DNA of 53,270 nucleotides from a virus (IMGVR_UViG_3300037264_001837:1-53270), one strand, 5' to 3'. Positions 1 to 9,769 are shown, counted from the first letter of the stretch. The notes: generated by a model not told the origin, from the letters alone. Program-made: numbers and translations.

Positions 1-127
1 TCCAGGCCGCCATCGACGAGTGCGGCCCTTGAGCAAGCACGCGCAACTCGGGGCCTCCAGCGCACACCGCTGGATGGCCTGCCCGGGATCGGTCAGGCTC
101 AGCGCGGAGCTGCCACCGTCGATCCCC
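1..127. repeat. 127-bp terminal direct repeat (identical to 53144-53270); assembly overlap of a circular or circularly permuted genome
   Basis: tccaggccgc...gtcgatcccc occurs identically at both ends; ORF 52774-53175 and the DUF2800 gene join seamlessly across the junction (TTGA overlap). Confidence 0.97.
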
Positions 128-1549
128 TCCGCGCACGCCGCGGAGGGGACGGCGGCCCACTCGCTCGCGGAGCGGTGCTTGCGAGAGGGGACCACGGCCG
201 CGGCTGTCCATATCGGGGAAGAGATCAACGGGTTCCCGGTCGACGATGACATGGCCGCGGCGGTGCAGGTCTATCTCGACCACGTCCACGCGCTCAAGGC
301 CGAGCTCGAGCTCACCCACGACCTCAAGGGAGTCGAGATCGAGAAGCGGCTGGACCTGAGCTTCGTACGGTCAGGCATGTTCGGCACGGCCGACACAATC
401 CTGGACGCCCGGGTCAACAACGGGCTCGACGGCGAGCTAATCGTGGTCGACTACAAGCACGGCCGCGGGGTCGAGGTCGCGGCTGAGGACAACCCCCAGC
501 TCCAGTACTACGGGCTGGGCGCGCTGGGGCCGCCGATGAAGACCCTGAAGGGCCAGGTCACGGAGCTCGTCAACGTCCGGGTGATCGTCGTCCAGCCGCG
601 CTGCGGTGGCGGCGACGCGATCCGGGATGCCAAGTACACCTCGATCGACCTCCGGCGCTGGGGTGACAAGCAGCTCGGCCCCGCGGCCGACGCGGCCCGC
701 AAGCCCGACGCGCCGCTGGTCCCCGGGGACGAGCAATGCCGATGGTGCCCCGCGAAGGCGACCTGTCCTGCCCTTCGGGACCACGTCGCGCTCGAGGCCG
801 CGATTGATTTCGGCGCCGCGCCTGTGGTCGTCGGGCCCAAGGCCCTCGCGATCCCAGAGCCCAAGGCGGTCAAGGCCTCGGTCGCGTCCGTAGAGATCGA
901 GCGGTTGAGTCGGATCCTGGCCGCCACGCCGCTGATCGAAGCGTGGCTCAAGGCCGTAGGAGACGAGGCCGAGCGTCGGGCGCTGGCCGGCGAGGCGGTG
1001 CCTGGCTTCAAGCTCGTGGAGTCGATCACCCGCAGACGCTGGAAGTACGGGGACGAGGATACAGCCACGAGGCTCCGCAAGCTCGGCATCGACCCTTGGG
1101 CACCGCCGAGTCTGCTCGGAGTCCCGGGCGCGGAGAAGGCACTCGGAGCCGCGGCCAAGGGCGACGCGTTCCTGGAGCTCGTCGAGAAGCCCCTGGGCGG
1201 TCCGACGCTCGTTCCGGAGTCGGATCGCCGGAGCGAGTGGATCTCGCCGGAGCAGGAGTTCGCGGCGGTCAGCGACACCCCCGGCAAGGGCGATCATGAC
1301 CCGCGCTTCGATGTGACGGGCTGTGTCGAGGTGGACAACAGGGCTAGACCGCAGGGTATCGACCCGATCACGCAGTTCCGGATGAGCGCAGCGATCCGAG
1401 ACGCGGAGAAGCTGACCGATGCCGAGCGCCTCGCGAAGCACGGGCCCCAGGGCGGCGACCCGATGGGCGGGCCGCTGCAGGACGACACGAAGAAGACCAG
1501 GAAACCCCGGGGGCCGAAGGCGAGTTCGCTGTTCGATCCCCTGGGCTGA
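29..1549 (+). CDS. DUF2800-family PD-(D/E)XK (Cas4-like) exonuclease, APSE-type
   Basis: HAQLGASSAHRWMACPGS N-terminus, EGTAAH, FGTAD, VVDYKHGRG, NPQLQYY, CRWCPAKATC; TTG start at 29 overlaps the upstream TGA. Confidence 0.9.
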   Translation: MSKHAQLGASSAHRWMACPGSVRLSAELPPSIPSAHAAEGTAAHSLAERCLREGTTAAAVHIGEEINGFPVDDDMAAAVQVYLDHVHALKAELELTHDLKGVEIEKRLDLSFVRSGMFGTADTILDARVNNGLDGELIVVDYKHGRGVEVAAEDNPQLQYYGLGALGPPMKTLKGQVTELVNVRVIVVQPRCGGGDAIRDAKYTSIDLRRWGDKQLGPAADAARKPDAPLVPGDEQCRWCPAKATCPALRDHVALEAAIDFGAAPVVVGPKALAIPEPKAVKASVASVEIERLSRILAATPLIEAWLKAVGDEAERRALAGEAVPGFKLVESITRRRWKYGDEDTATRLRKLGIDPWAPPSLLGVPGAEKALGAAAKGDAFLELVEKPLGGPTLVPESDRRSEWISPEQEFAAVSDTPGKGDHDPRFDVTGCVEVDNRARPQGIDPITQFRMSAAIRDAEKLTDAERLAKHGPQGGDPMGGPLQDDTKKTRKPRGPKASSLFDPLG

Positions 1550-1586
1550 TACGCGAAGCGCGAAACGCGCAGAGACGGAGATAGAC

Positions 1587-2141
1587 ATGGCGAAGGCCAA
1601 CAGCGAGAGGTTCATCCTGCCGACCTTCAGGGCATCGTTCCCGCACCTGTTCGAGGCGCGGGCTGTGACGGCGGGGCAGACCCCCAAGTACTCGATCACG
1701 ATGCTCTTCCCGAAGGGCGATCGCGGGCTCAAGGACATCAAGGACGCGTGCGTGCGCGCGGGCCGGGCGAAGTTCGGCGCGCGATACGACCAGCTCGTGA
1801 AGGCCGGCCGGATGCGCATGCCCTTCCGCGACGGCGAGGAGAAGGCCGAGTACGAGGGCTACGGCGAGACCGTCGAGTTCGCGAGCGCCACGTCCGTCCG
1901 GGCACCGGGCGTCGTGGACGAGCGCAACGAGCGGGTGATTGAGCCAGCGAAGGTCTACGCGGGCTGCTACTGCCGGGCGAGCGTGGCTCCGTTCGCGTAC
2001 GACACGAACGGGAACGCGGGTGTCAGCCTGGGCCTGCGCAACGTGCAGTTCATCCGGGACGGCGACCGGCTGGATGGCGGCATCGCGCCGGAGGCCGAGT
2101 TCGACGCGGTCGAACAGGAGACCAGTGACCCGATGGCTTGA
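1587..2141 (+). CDS. DUF2815-family ssDNA-binding protein
   Basis: RASFPHLFE, KYSITMLFPK, PFRDGE, VYAGCYCRASV, GNAGVSLGLRNVQFIRDGDRL, acidic tail; GGAG RBS; lies between DUF2800 and the polymerase. Confidence 0.9.
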   Translation: MAKANSERFILPTFRASFPHLFEARAVTAGQTPKYSITMLFPKGDRGLKDIKDACVRAGRAKFGARYDQLVKAGRMRMPFRDGEEKAEYEGYGETVEFASATSVRAPGVVDERNERVIEPAKVYAGCYCRASVAPFAYDTNGNAGVSLGLRNVQFIRDGDRLDGGIAPEAEFDAVEQETSDPMA

Positions 2142-2147
2142 GACATC

Positions 2148-2201
2148 CCCCGGACCCGGGAGCCCGAAAGGAACAAGGGCGCAGGGGCCTCGGGTCCGGG
2201 G
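2148..2201 (+). other. GC-rich stem-loop after the SSB gene (processing or termination element)
   Basis: ccccggacccg (2148-2158) pairs with cgggtccgggg (2191-2201); inner gccc/gggc hairpin; no U-tract. Confidence 0.5.
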
Positions 2202-2244
2202 ACTCGAAGACGACACGTGGAACGCGAGACGTGAAGGAGAATCC

Positions 2245-2415
2245 ATGCACGACCGCCGGCCCTCGCTCTCGGAGTCGCTGATCCCGTTCCTGCTCGTAGT
2301 CGGCGCGCTCGCGATCGTGCTCACCGCGGGGCTGGATTACGACCCAGCTTTCGCTGGGCTCTGCGTGGTCGAGGTCCTGATGCTGACCACGGTGATCCGC
2401 CGAGGTGGGCGGTGA
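2245..2415 (+). CDS. small membrane protein (2 hydrophobic segments)
   Basis: AAGGAG RBS; LIPFLLVVGALAIVL and FAGLCVVEVLML; GTGA coupling to the next gene. Confidence 0.6.
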   Translation: MHDRRPSLSESLIPFLLVVGALAIVLTAGLDYDPAFAGLCVVEVLMLTTVIRRGGR

Positions 2416-2681
2416 GCTGCAAACCGATCTGGTTCGAGGTCCATCGCCCAGCCCGATCTGAGTTCCGAGTCGGGCTGCAGAATGACGGCAAGCTCTCGGA
2501 CCCGGACGCGGAGACGAATCTGCCCTTCGTCCGGTTCGCGACACGAGAGGAAGCCGAAGCCGCGGCTCGCCAGGTGCTCACTGCGAACCCGTCGATCGAG
2601 GTCCTGGAAGTCGCCAAGATGCAGAAGCGCACACGCAACTCAGCCTGGATCCGCGATCGGAAGAAGATCCGCCGTGCCTAA
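2412..2681 (+). CDS. hypothetical protein
   Basis: translationally coupled ORF overlapping the polymerase start. Confidence 0.6.
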   Translation: MSCKPIWFEVHRPARSEFRVGLQNDGKLSDPDAETNLPFVRFATREEAEAAARQVLTANPSIEVLEVAKMQKRTRNSAWIRDRKKIRRA

Positions 2682-4644
2682 CCCTCGCCGCGCCTTTGTT
2701 CTCGATTTCGAGACGCGATCAGGCGCGGACCTGACGAAGCTCGGGGCGCATCGCTACGCGGAGGACCCGACGACAGAGCTGGCCTGCGCGGTCTGGTCCC
2801 CCGCGCCAGGCGAGTTCTCCGGGGGCCTGGGCCGGGACCCCGAGTGGCGCGATCGCTTCGTGGCGGGCATTGAGGGCATGGGCCAAGACGGTCGGATCGT
2901 CGCGCACAACGCGGGATTCGAGCGCGCGATCTGGCGCCACTGCATGCCCTGGGTACCGCTGCCGTCGATTGATCGCTGGGACTGCACGGCTGCGCGGGCC
3001 GCGGCGATCGGTCTGCCACGGTCGCTAGAGCACGTCAATCTCGTACTGGGTCTCCAGCAGCAGAAGGACATCGAAGGCCGCAAGCTCATGCTCGCACTCG
3101 CGAAGCCAAGGGCCGGGAAGTTCAAGTCCCCTACGATCCAGGAACTCGAACGACTCCTCGCCTACTGCGAGCAGGACGTGCGGGCCGAGCGCGAGCTGGA
3201 CGGGATCCTGCCGGCCTTGCACCCCCTGGACCGCGCGGCCTGGGAACTCGACATCCTCCTGAACGAGCGCGGCGTCGCGTTCGACCGGGAGCACTGCGAG
3301 AACGCGATCGCCACGATGACGATCCTGCAGACCCGCGAGCTCGCGAGGTTCCAGCAGCTCACCGGCCTGGACAAGCCGAGCAAGCGGGCGAAGTTCCAGG
3401 CGTGGCTGAACGAGCGCGGCGTCCCAGCCCGCGACACCCAGGCTGATACCATGGCCGCGATCGCAGACGGGAAGTGGCCCGCCGGCAAGCCTGCGCCCGT
3501 CGAAGTCCGCGAGGCCTGCGGGATCGTTCGGGCCCTGGGCCGATCGAGCATCACGAAGTACCGGAGCGCGCTCGATCGCCAGTGCCTCGACGGTCGAGCG
3601 CGAGACCTGCTCGTGTTCTGTGGCGCGTCGACCGGGCGCTGGACCGGCTCAGGATTCCAGCCCCAGAACATGCCCCGAGGCAAGATCAAGGACGCCGACG
3701 CGGCAGCCCGGGCCGTCGCGCTCCGGGACCCCGACGCGATCGAGATCCTGTACGGCGACCCCGCGGAGCTGCTCAGCCACTCGGTCCGTGGGATCGTGAT
3801 TGCGGGTCCGGGGCGGACGCTATCGGTCTGCGACTGGTCCAGCGTCGAAGCACGCGTCACGGCCTGGGTGTCCGGAGACCGCGGGCTGCTCGACGACTTT
3901 CGAGCCGGTCGGGATCCCTATGTCTCCATGGCCCGGGTGATCTTTGATCTCGTGCCCGAAGCGATCGTGACTCCGGAGCAGCGCTTCGTCGGCAAGATCG
4001 CCATTCTCGGCCTGGGGTACGGGATGGGAGCCGAAAAGTTCATGGCGACCTGCGCGAAGCAGGGCCGGGCGATTGCCACGGACCTGGCGAAGCACACGGT
4101 CGACGCCTACCGCACGCGCTTCCGGGACTCGATCGTCGCGGCCTGGTACAAGCTCGAGAAGGCCTCGATGGGCGCGACGCGGGACCCGTCAGGCCGTGGA
4201 GTCCAGGCAGCCCGGACCGTCTGGGCGCTCGGGCGCAAGGCCGGGCTGCCGGTCCTGACGTGCCGCCTGCCGTCGGGCCGGAGCCTGCACTACTGGCAGC
4301 CGCGGGTCGCGCCGAAGATGACCCCGTGGGGCGAGCGCCGGCCCGCGCTCTTTCACTGGTCGGTGAACTCCCTGACGCGGGAGTGGTCCGAGAGCGACGC
4401 GTACGGGGGGCTGCTGCTAGAGAACGTCGTGCAGGCGATCTCGCGGGACCTACTTGCGGTCGCGCATCCGGTGATCGAAGCCGCGGGTATGCCGGTGGTC
4501 TTGCATGTCCACGACGAAGTCGTGGCCGAGACCAAATGCGATCGAGCCGCGGAGCTCGCCGTGATCATGAGCACGCCTCCGACATGGGCCGCGGATCTTC
4601 CGCTCGCGGCCGCGGGCTGGAGCGGACGGAGGTACAGGAAGTGA
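2674..4644 (+). CDS. polA: family A DNA polymerase with 3'-5' exonuclease (Leu762 type)
   Basis: ExoI LDFET, ExoII HNAGFE, ExoIII YCEQDV, TGRW, QPQNMPR, motif A DWSSVEAR, motif B KIAILGLGYG, motif C HVHDE. Confidence 0.95.
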   Translation: MPNPRRAFVLDFETRSGADLTKLGAHRYAEDPTTELACAVWSPAPGEFSGGLGRDPEWRDRFVAGIEGMGQDGRIVAHNAGFERAIWRHCMPWVPLPSIDRWDCTAARAAAIGLPRSLEHVNLVLGLQQQKDIEGRKLMLALAKPRAGKFKSPTIQELERLLAYCEQDVRAERELDGILPALHPLDRAAWELDILLNERGVAFDREHCENAIATMTILQTRELARFQQLTGLDKPSKRAKFQAWLNERGVPARDTQADTMAAIADGKWPAGKPAPVEVREACGIVRALGRSSITKYRSALDRQCLDGRARDLLVFCGASTGRWTGSGFQPQNMPRGKIKDADAAARAVALRDPDAIEILYGDPAELLSHSVRGIVIAGPGRTLSVCDWSSVEARVTAWVSGDRGLLDDFRAGRDPYVSMARVIFDLVPEAIVTPEQRFVGKIAILGLGYGMGAEKFMATCAKQGRAIATDLAKHTVDAYRTRFRDSIVAAWYKLEKASMGATRDPSGRGVQAARTVWALGRKAGLPVLTCRLPSGRSLHYWQPRVAPKMTPWGERRPALFHWSVNSLTREWSESDAYGGLLLENVVQAISRDLLAVAHPVIEAAGMPVVLHVHDEVVAETKCDRAAELAVIMSTPPTWAADLPLAAAGWSGRRYRK

Positions 4645-4955
4645 AAGATCCCAATCGCCCATTTCCGATCCAAGGCAACTACGGAATTCGCGGTGGCTGG
4701 ATCCCTTGGTGGTTGGCGGAGATCGCGTATGCCGCGTATTCCTCAAGTTACGGAACGGAGCAGTCCTTGGAGCGGATGGCCGAGCGAGGCGGCTTTGGTT
4801 GGGTCGAGTTTGGATACCTGATGGAGGGCAACCCAACACAGCTCTCCAGCGGTACTGAGGATTTCCACAGCTACGGAAACAAGAGAGCTCGGGATGCTCT
4901 GGCGAAGGCGTGGGCCCGCCGCCGAGCGGAGCTGGGCGACGAGGAACCGACATGA
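4641..4955 (+). CDS. hypothetical phage protein (QSLERMAERGG motif)
   Basis: GTGA overlap with the polymerase stop; coupled to the next gene by ATGA. Confidence 0.7.
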   Translation: MKDPNRPFPIQGNYGIRGGWIPWWLAEIAYAAYSSSYGTEQSLERMAERGGFGWVEFGYLMEGNPTQLSSGTEDFHSYGNKRARDALAKAWARRRAELGDEEPT

Positions 4956-5233
4956 CACCCGAGCAGTTGGCAGCCGAGAAGGCGAAGCTCGCGGTCGCAG
5001 TAGCGGCGATCAAGGAATCATCGGAGTCGTGGGCAGCCAGCCTAGTTACGCGTGGGGCCCACTCCATGCTCGGACAGGGACACGGTCACACCCGATGCGC
5101 GGCCGTCCGCCGTGCGATTGCGGCAGCGAAGCGCCGACTGGCGGTGGACTTCGCTCGGCTGGATTTTTTAGAGAACAGCCGGCCCGAGTTCATTCGGGAC
5201 CGGGTGCTTAGTGGTGATGGCGGGGAGGGATGA
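4952..5233 (+). CDS. hypothetical protein
   Basis: ATGA overlap, GAGG RBS. Confidence 0.6.
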   Translation: MTPEQLAAEKAKLAVAVAAIKESSESWAASLVTRGAHSMLGQGHGHTRCAAVRRAIAAAKRRLAVDFARLDFLENSRPEFIRDRVLSGDGGEG

Positions 5234-5234
5234 T

Positions 5235-5414
5235 GTGACGACGCAATTCCCCGGGGAGTCAAACTGGGATGCAATCGTGAACGACAACTCGCTCGACATC
5301 GTAGAGGAGGACGCATTCGAGAAGTTCATAACGGACCGCGGTCATTCCAAGACCGAGGCACTCGAAACCCTAGAGCGGCTCCTCGCTTCGTGGGAGGGGG
5401 TCGGCGGTGGATGA
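5235..5414 (+). CDS. small acidic hypothetical protein
   Basis: GGAGG upstream; fills the gap in a tightly packed operon; start uncertain. Confidence 0.5.
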   Translation: MTTQFPGESNWDAIVNDNSLDIVEEDAFEKFITDRGHSKTEALETLERLLASWEGVGGG

Positions 5415-5610
5415 GACGAAGCCGACAACCGATGCCGAATTGGAGCGAGCACTCCAAGAGGTGACCTGCTCCTCGGGCTGCCGTCCGCAACTATCGCGCC
5501 GGCAACGTCGGCAACTGGTCCGGAACGTGCGAAACGGTGCCCGTGGTCTGAGGGCACTCCCGCCTTTCGATTACGAAATCCCCGAACGTGAATGGAAGGA
5601 GCGACCGTGA
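5407..5610 (+). CDS. hypothetical protein
   Basis: GGAGG RBS; overlaps both neighbours. Confidence 0.5.
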   Translation: MDETKPTTDAELERALQEVTCSSGCRPQLSRRQRRQLVRNVRNGARGLRALPPFDYEIPEREWKERP

Positions 5611-5912
5611 GCGAGCAGCGCGCCAAGGTGCTGGCCGAGATCCTAGCGGAGCGCGAGCGCCAGATGCAGGTCGAGCGCTTCGGCCCCGAGCACGATGACC
5701 GACATGACAACGGAGACCTCTCGCTAGCCGCTTCCTGCTATGCGCAAGAGGCGGCATACCAGGCGTATCACCACACGACCAGTGGCGCTTCGCCACCGCT
5801 TCGCTGGCCCTGGGCAAGCGACTGGTGGAAGCCCAAGGATCCGCGCCGAAATCTCATCAGGGCTGCCGCGCTGATCGTGGCCGAGATCGAGAGGCTGGAC
5901 CGACGTGGGTGA
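5607..5912 (+). CDS. conserved phage protein (AERxRQ...HDD...WPW..WWKP..RRNL.RAAALI.AEIERLDR family)
   Basis: recognisable widespread phage motif set; GTGA coupling. Confidence 0.8.
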   Translation: MSEQRAKVLAEILAERERQMQVERFGPEHDDRHDNGDLSLAASCYAQEAAYQAYHHTTSGASPPLRWPWASDWWKPKDPRRNLIRAAALIVAEIERLDRRG

Positions 5913-6231
5913 TTCGCGGCGCGTGAAGCGCGACGGTGCGGACCTCTGTTTCGAGGCTTCCGAACTCATCGCCAAGCTGAGTTCCGAACGTCCAGAGGTG
6001 GATCGCGAGCGGATCGAACAGTTCGCCGGGAACTTCCTGGCCCAGCGCGGGTTCCGTCATGGCGACATCCGACACCTGCTCAAGGGCTGGCGCGGCCTAT
6101 GGAGCTGCCCGGACTGCGGCGAGTTGGTCAGCAAAGGGAGCGGCTGCGATCCAGGCGACGGCCTCGGGCATCCCTGCTTTGACTATGCGATCCCGCACCC
6201 ACACCACAAGGTTGGGGTCGCCGATGGCTGA
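5905..6231 (+). CDS. hypothetical protein with CxxC
   Basis: overlapping ORF in operon; CPDC motif. Confidence 0.55.
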   Translation: MGDSRRVKRDGADLCFEASELIAKLSSERPEVDRERIEQFAGNFLAQRGFRHGDIRHLLKGWRGLWSCPDCGELVSKGSGCDPGDGLGHPCFDYAIPHPHHKVGVADG

Positions 6232-6286
6232 GCTGCGGCACTTCTCGGTCCAAGACTGTGGCGGCGCTGCGGCGCTCGGAGGATCT

Positions 6287-6505
6287 ATGAGCGAAGACAA
6301 GCCGGAGCTGACGGAGGAGGAGATCCACTACCGAAAAACAAAGTGGGGCCAGGAGGCGATACCTCCCGAGGAGTGGGCCGCGATGCAGCAACAGCTTGAC
6401 AACGCGGAGCGCTGGAAGGCGTGGGCGGTACTCGGCGTGACCAGTCGCGCGCAGCGCCGCGCGGCCGAGCGAGCGATTGCAAAGGAGCGCGCCCGTGGAA
6501 GATGA
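6287..6505 (+). CDS. hypothetical protein
   Basis: GGAGG RBS before ATG 6287. Confidence 0.55.
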   Translation: MSEDKPELTEEEIHYRKTKWGQEAIPPEEWAAMQQQLDNAERWKAWAVLGVTSRAQRRAAERAIAKERARGR

Positions 6506-6812
6506 GCTGACCGAGGCGGAGATCCAGGAGTACCTCGACGACGCCGCGGTCTATTTCCATCGGCTCGCGCGTGAGAAGTCCTGGAACTCCGACACGCTAG
6601 CTAAAGGCGTCACCCGACTGGTGCCGGCCCTCCGCTCCACCCGCGCCCGGCTGGCGGAGGCGGAGAAGGTGCTCGACACGGCTGTACTGAGGACATGCTA
6701 CGCGCAGGCAACGTCAGGCGACTGCTCGGACTCAGCTCTGTGCCGAGCCTGCCAGTGGAACCGGGCGCTGTCCAGATGGCAGAACGATGACTACCGACGG
6801 GGGACGAAGTGA
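6495..6812 (+). CDS. hypothetical protein
   Basis: AAGGAG RBS; GTGA coupling to the methyltransferase. Confidence 0.6.
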   Translation: MEDELTEAEIQEYLDDAAVYFHRLAREKSWNSDTLAKGVTRLVPALRSTRARLAEAEKVLDTAVLRTCYAQATSGDCSDSALCRACQWNRALSRWQNDDYRRGTK

Positions 6813-8068
6813 CCAAGCCTATCCCCCATCCCGCGAAGTACACCCGGTGTCTGCTCCCGGTCATGGCCGCGATACTGCAGGAGACCCAGCGCCGGCTCGA
6901 TCCCTTCGCCGGGACCTGCCGCGGCATGGAGCTCGAAGCCGCGCTCGCGGAGTTCGGGATCCAGAAGCCTGATCCGCTCCCGTTCTACGTGTTCGTCGAG
7001 CTCGAGCGCGAATGGGGCGAGCAGCTCTACACGCAGCCCAGCTACGACCTCGACCGGGCTCAGCTCTTGATCGCAGACAGCCGCAAGCTGTACCGGCGCT
7101 TCGCCCCGGGCACGTTCGATGCGATCTTCTCGTCTCCGACCTACGGCACGCGCATGGCGGACCACCACGACGCGCAGGACCGCGATCCTGAAACCGGGGA
7201 GTTGACCTCGCGGCACACCTACACCCACACGCTCGGACGCAAGCTCTCGGCCGGAAACTCCGGCGCGATGCAGTGGGGCGACGCGTACCGCGGGCTGCAC
7301 GAGGTCGTCTGGGACCTGTGCGAGTGGCTACTTGAACCAGGCGGCTTGTTCGTACTAAACGTCTCGGACCACGTGCGCGGCGGCGAGACCGTGCCGGTGA
7401 CGGCCTGGCACCTGGAGACCCTGCTCGGGCTGGGCTTGAAACTCGTAGCTCACGCGATCGCAGTCCGCACCCCGCGGCTCAGGCACGGCGCCAATCACGA
7501 GAAGCGCTGCCCGGCCGAGAGCGTGGCCCTGTTCTGGAAGCCGACGAGCCCCGGAGCCCTGCCACCCCGGGAGCTGCTCGACCGCGTCGAGACCGTGCGC
7601 CGGCTCCGAATCGCGGAAGAGCTCGAAGACACCGCGGTTCGTTACGCGCGAGAGGACGCGCTCCCGGAGTTCAGGGCATACGAGGCCCAACGCGAGCGGG
7701 CCCGCGAGGCGCTGGCGGTCGCGCACAAGGCCGGCTTCCTCCCAGCGGACCACGACTGGTGCGAGCAGTACCGGGACAACCGGAGCGCGTGGCGGAAGCT
7801 CCAGCCGCCCAAGCGCATGATGCTCGCCCGCCCTTCGTCGGACGCGCAGGAGATCCTCGAGTGCGTCAACTCCGCGATCGGGACCTCCGAGCTGGAGCGC
7901 TTCGAGGGCGACCCCAACACGGCGGACCAGGCGCTCCACGATCTGATCCAGCCATGGCTCGAGCCAGGGCTCGCGCTTGCTGACTTCGTAGCCCCGGGCG
8001 GGGACGAGCAGACCGCAGCCATGCTCGAAGAGGCCCAGCAACTTCGAGAGGTAGATCCGCTTGGTTGA
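6809..8068 (+). CDS. DNA amino-methyltransferase (N4-C/N6-A type) with a C-terminal extension
   Basis: HPAKY, SAM-binding LDPFAGT, catalytic-like FSSPTY, LEPGGLFVLNVSD. Confidence 0.8.
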   Translation: MTKPIPHPAKYTRCLLPVMAAILQETQRRLDPFAGTCRGMELEAALAEFGIQKPDPLPFYVFVELEREWGEQLYTQPSYDLDRAQLLIADSRKLYRRFAPGTFDAIFSSPTYGTRMADHHDAQDRDPETGELTSRHTYTHTLGRKLSAGNSGAMQWGDAYRGLHEVVWDLCEWLLEPGGLFVLNVSDHVRGGETVPVTAWHLETLLGLGLKLVAHAIAVRTPRLRHGANHEKRCPAESVALFWKPTSPGALPPRELLDRVETVRRLRIAEELEDTAVRYAREDALPEFRAYEAQRERAREALAVAHKAGFLPADHDWCEQYRDNRSAWRKLQPPKRMMLARPSSDAQEILECVNSAIGTSELERFEGDPNTADQALHDLIQPWLEPGLALADFVAPGGDEQTAAMLEEAQQLREVDPLG

Positions 8069-8327
8069 TCCCCACCCGCCCTGCGCCCGGAGCAAGCACT
8101 GGCATTGCGGCGTCTGCTTCGGGGTCTGCCGCATCTGCCGGCGGCCTCGGCAGTTCAACCCGGGGACCGCGGGCCTGCCGTGGTTCTCGTGTTGCGAGAT
8201 CATATGGACGCGGGCGCATCCGATCAAGCCGGGCGGGACTCCCGACTACGCGGTCATGCTCTCCTCCGAGCGCCACCTGAGCGATGATCTTGCAGCCGCG
8301 AAGCGCAAGCCGAAGGTCGGGTCATGA
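8061..8327 (+). CDS. small Cys-rich (zinc-binding) protein
   Basis: CGVC, CRIC and CC motifs; coupled to the helicase by ATGA. Confidence 0.5.
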   Translation: MVDPHPPCARSKHWHCGVCFGVCRICRRPRQFNPGTAGLPWFSCCEIIWTRAHPIKPGGTPDYAVMLSSERHLSDDLAAAKRKPKVGS

Positions 8328-9769
8328 CCGTCCAGGACTACCCCCACCAGGAGCTCGAGCGCGAACACTTCCTCGACCCCGCGCGCTTCCTGTTCTGGCC
8401 GATGCGAGTCGGCAAGACCAAGTCCGCGATCGACTGCGCTTATGAGCTGCACGGCGAGGGCCTGATCCAAGGCGTGATCGTCGTCGCGCCGGTCGGGGTC
8501 CATGCCCAGTGGCCGGACGAGCTCGCCAAGTTGGTGCCCCACTGGTTCGAGCGGCGCGACGCGTGGGCCTGGGGCGAGCCGATGAAGGGCAAGGTCCAGC
8601 CGACACCCGCGTTCAACTCCTGCGAGATGGGCCGGCTGGGCTGGTTCTGCGTCGGCAAAGAGCACTTGATCATGGACAGCGTTTGGAAGCTCCTGGTCTG
8701 GTTCGCGCGCCGGTTCAAGTGCCTGCTGGTGATCGACGAGTCTCACCATTTCCGGACGCCATCCGCGAAGCGGACCCGGCGCGCGATCGCGCTCGCCGCG
8801 AACTGCCCGTACCGCCGCTTGCTGACCGGATCGCGGGACGACAACTCGCCCATGAACAACTGGAGTCAATACGAGATCCTCGAGCGCGGTGCCTTGGGCT
8901 GCCGCACGTTCTCCGGGTTCCGGGAACGCTTCGCGATCCTGGAGCAGACCCGCGGTCACGGTGGCCGGCTGTTCCCGAAGATCGTCGGCTTCAAGAACCG
9001 CGACGAGCTGCACGCGCGCATGGCGCCGTTCACCCACGAGGTCCGGGAAGAAGCCGTAGCGGGCCTCGCCCTGCCGCGCTTTCACCGCAGGGCCTTCGAG
9101 CTCGGGGCCAGGGAGCGCAAGATCTACGACCAGCTCCGGGAAGAGACTCGCGTCCGACTCGAGAGCGGCGAGATCATCGACGCGGTGTCCGAAGCCGCGA
9201 TGCTGGTCCGGCTCCAACAGGTCGCGTCAGGCTTCGCGAAGGACGAGCACGGTCAAGACCACATCATCGGGGAGTCCCGGACCGAGGCGCTGGTGGAACT
9301 GACTGAAGAGATCAGGTATCCGGATCGACAGATCGTGGTCTGGGCCCGCTTCCAGCGTGACGTGCGCGCAGTCACCCAGGCGCTTCGTCGCCTGCACGGA
9401 GACGGCGTAGCCGAGATCAACGGGGACGTGCCGAAGCACACGCGCAAGCTGGTCATGGACCGGTTCAATGCCGGGACCGTGCGCGCGATCGTGGCGGACC
9501 CGGGCTGCGCGGGCGAGGGCTTTGATCTGGCCGCGGCCCGCTCGATGATCTGGTACTCGCACACCTGGGACGCGGCCGCGCGCCGGCAGGCGTGCGCCCG
9601 CGCGACGAAGATCGGACTCGACTCCTCGGACGTGATCGACCTCGTAGGCCGCGGGACCGTGGACGAAGCGATCCTCGGTTGTATCGACGCGAAGCGCGAG
9701 ACCTCGAACGCGACTCGCGATATTTTCGCGGCCGTGTTCGGTCGGTGGCGGGACCCTTTACTCGACTGA
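8324..9769 (+). CDS. SNF2-like SF2 helicase
   Basis: Walker A-like MRVGKTK, DESHH (Walker B), LLTGS, RLQQVASGF, GEGFDL, QACARA. Confidence 0.88.
   Translation: MTVQDYPHQELEREHFLDPARFLFWPMRVGKTKSAIDCAYELHGEGLIQGVIVVAPVGVHAQWPDELAKLVPHWFERRDAWAWGEPMKGKVQPTPAFNSCEMGRLGWFCVGKEHLIMDSVWKLLVWFARRFKCLLVIDESHHFRTPSAKRTRRAIALAANCPYRRLLTGSRDDNSPMNNWSQYEILERGALGCRTFSGFRERFAILEQTRGHGGRLFPKIVGFKNRDELHARMAPFTHEVREEAVAGLALPRFHRRAFELGARERKIYDQLREETRVRLESGEIIDAVSEAAMLVRLQQVASGFAKDEHGQDHIIGESRTEALVELTEEIRYPDRQIVVWARFQRDVRAVTQALRRLHGDGVAEINGDVPKHTRKLVMDRFNAGTVRAIVADPGCAGEGFDLAAARSMIWYSHTWDAAARRQACARATKIGLDSSDVIDLVGRGTVDEAILGCIDAKRETSNATRDIFAAVFGRWRDPLLD

Noticed and set aside
1-127. 127-bp terminal repeat as a biological direct terminal repeat
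   Set aside because: It falls in the middle of two coupled genes and its length equals a common assembler k-mer (127), so an assembly overlap is the simpler explanation.
29-1549. Cas4-like gene as evidence of a CRISPR system
   Set aside because: It is the stand-alone DUF2800 nuclease in its usual SSB-PolA replication context.
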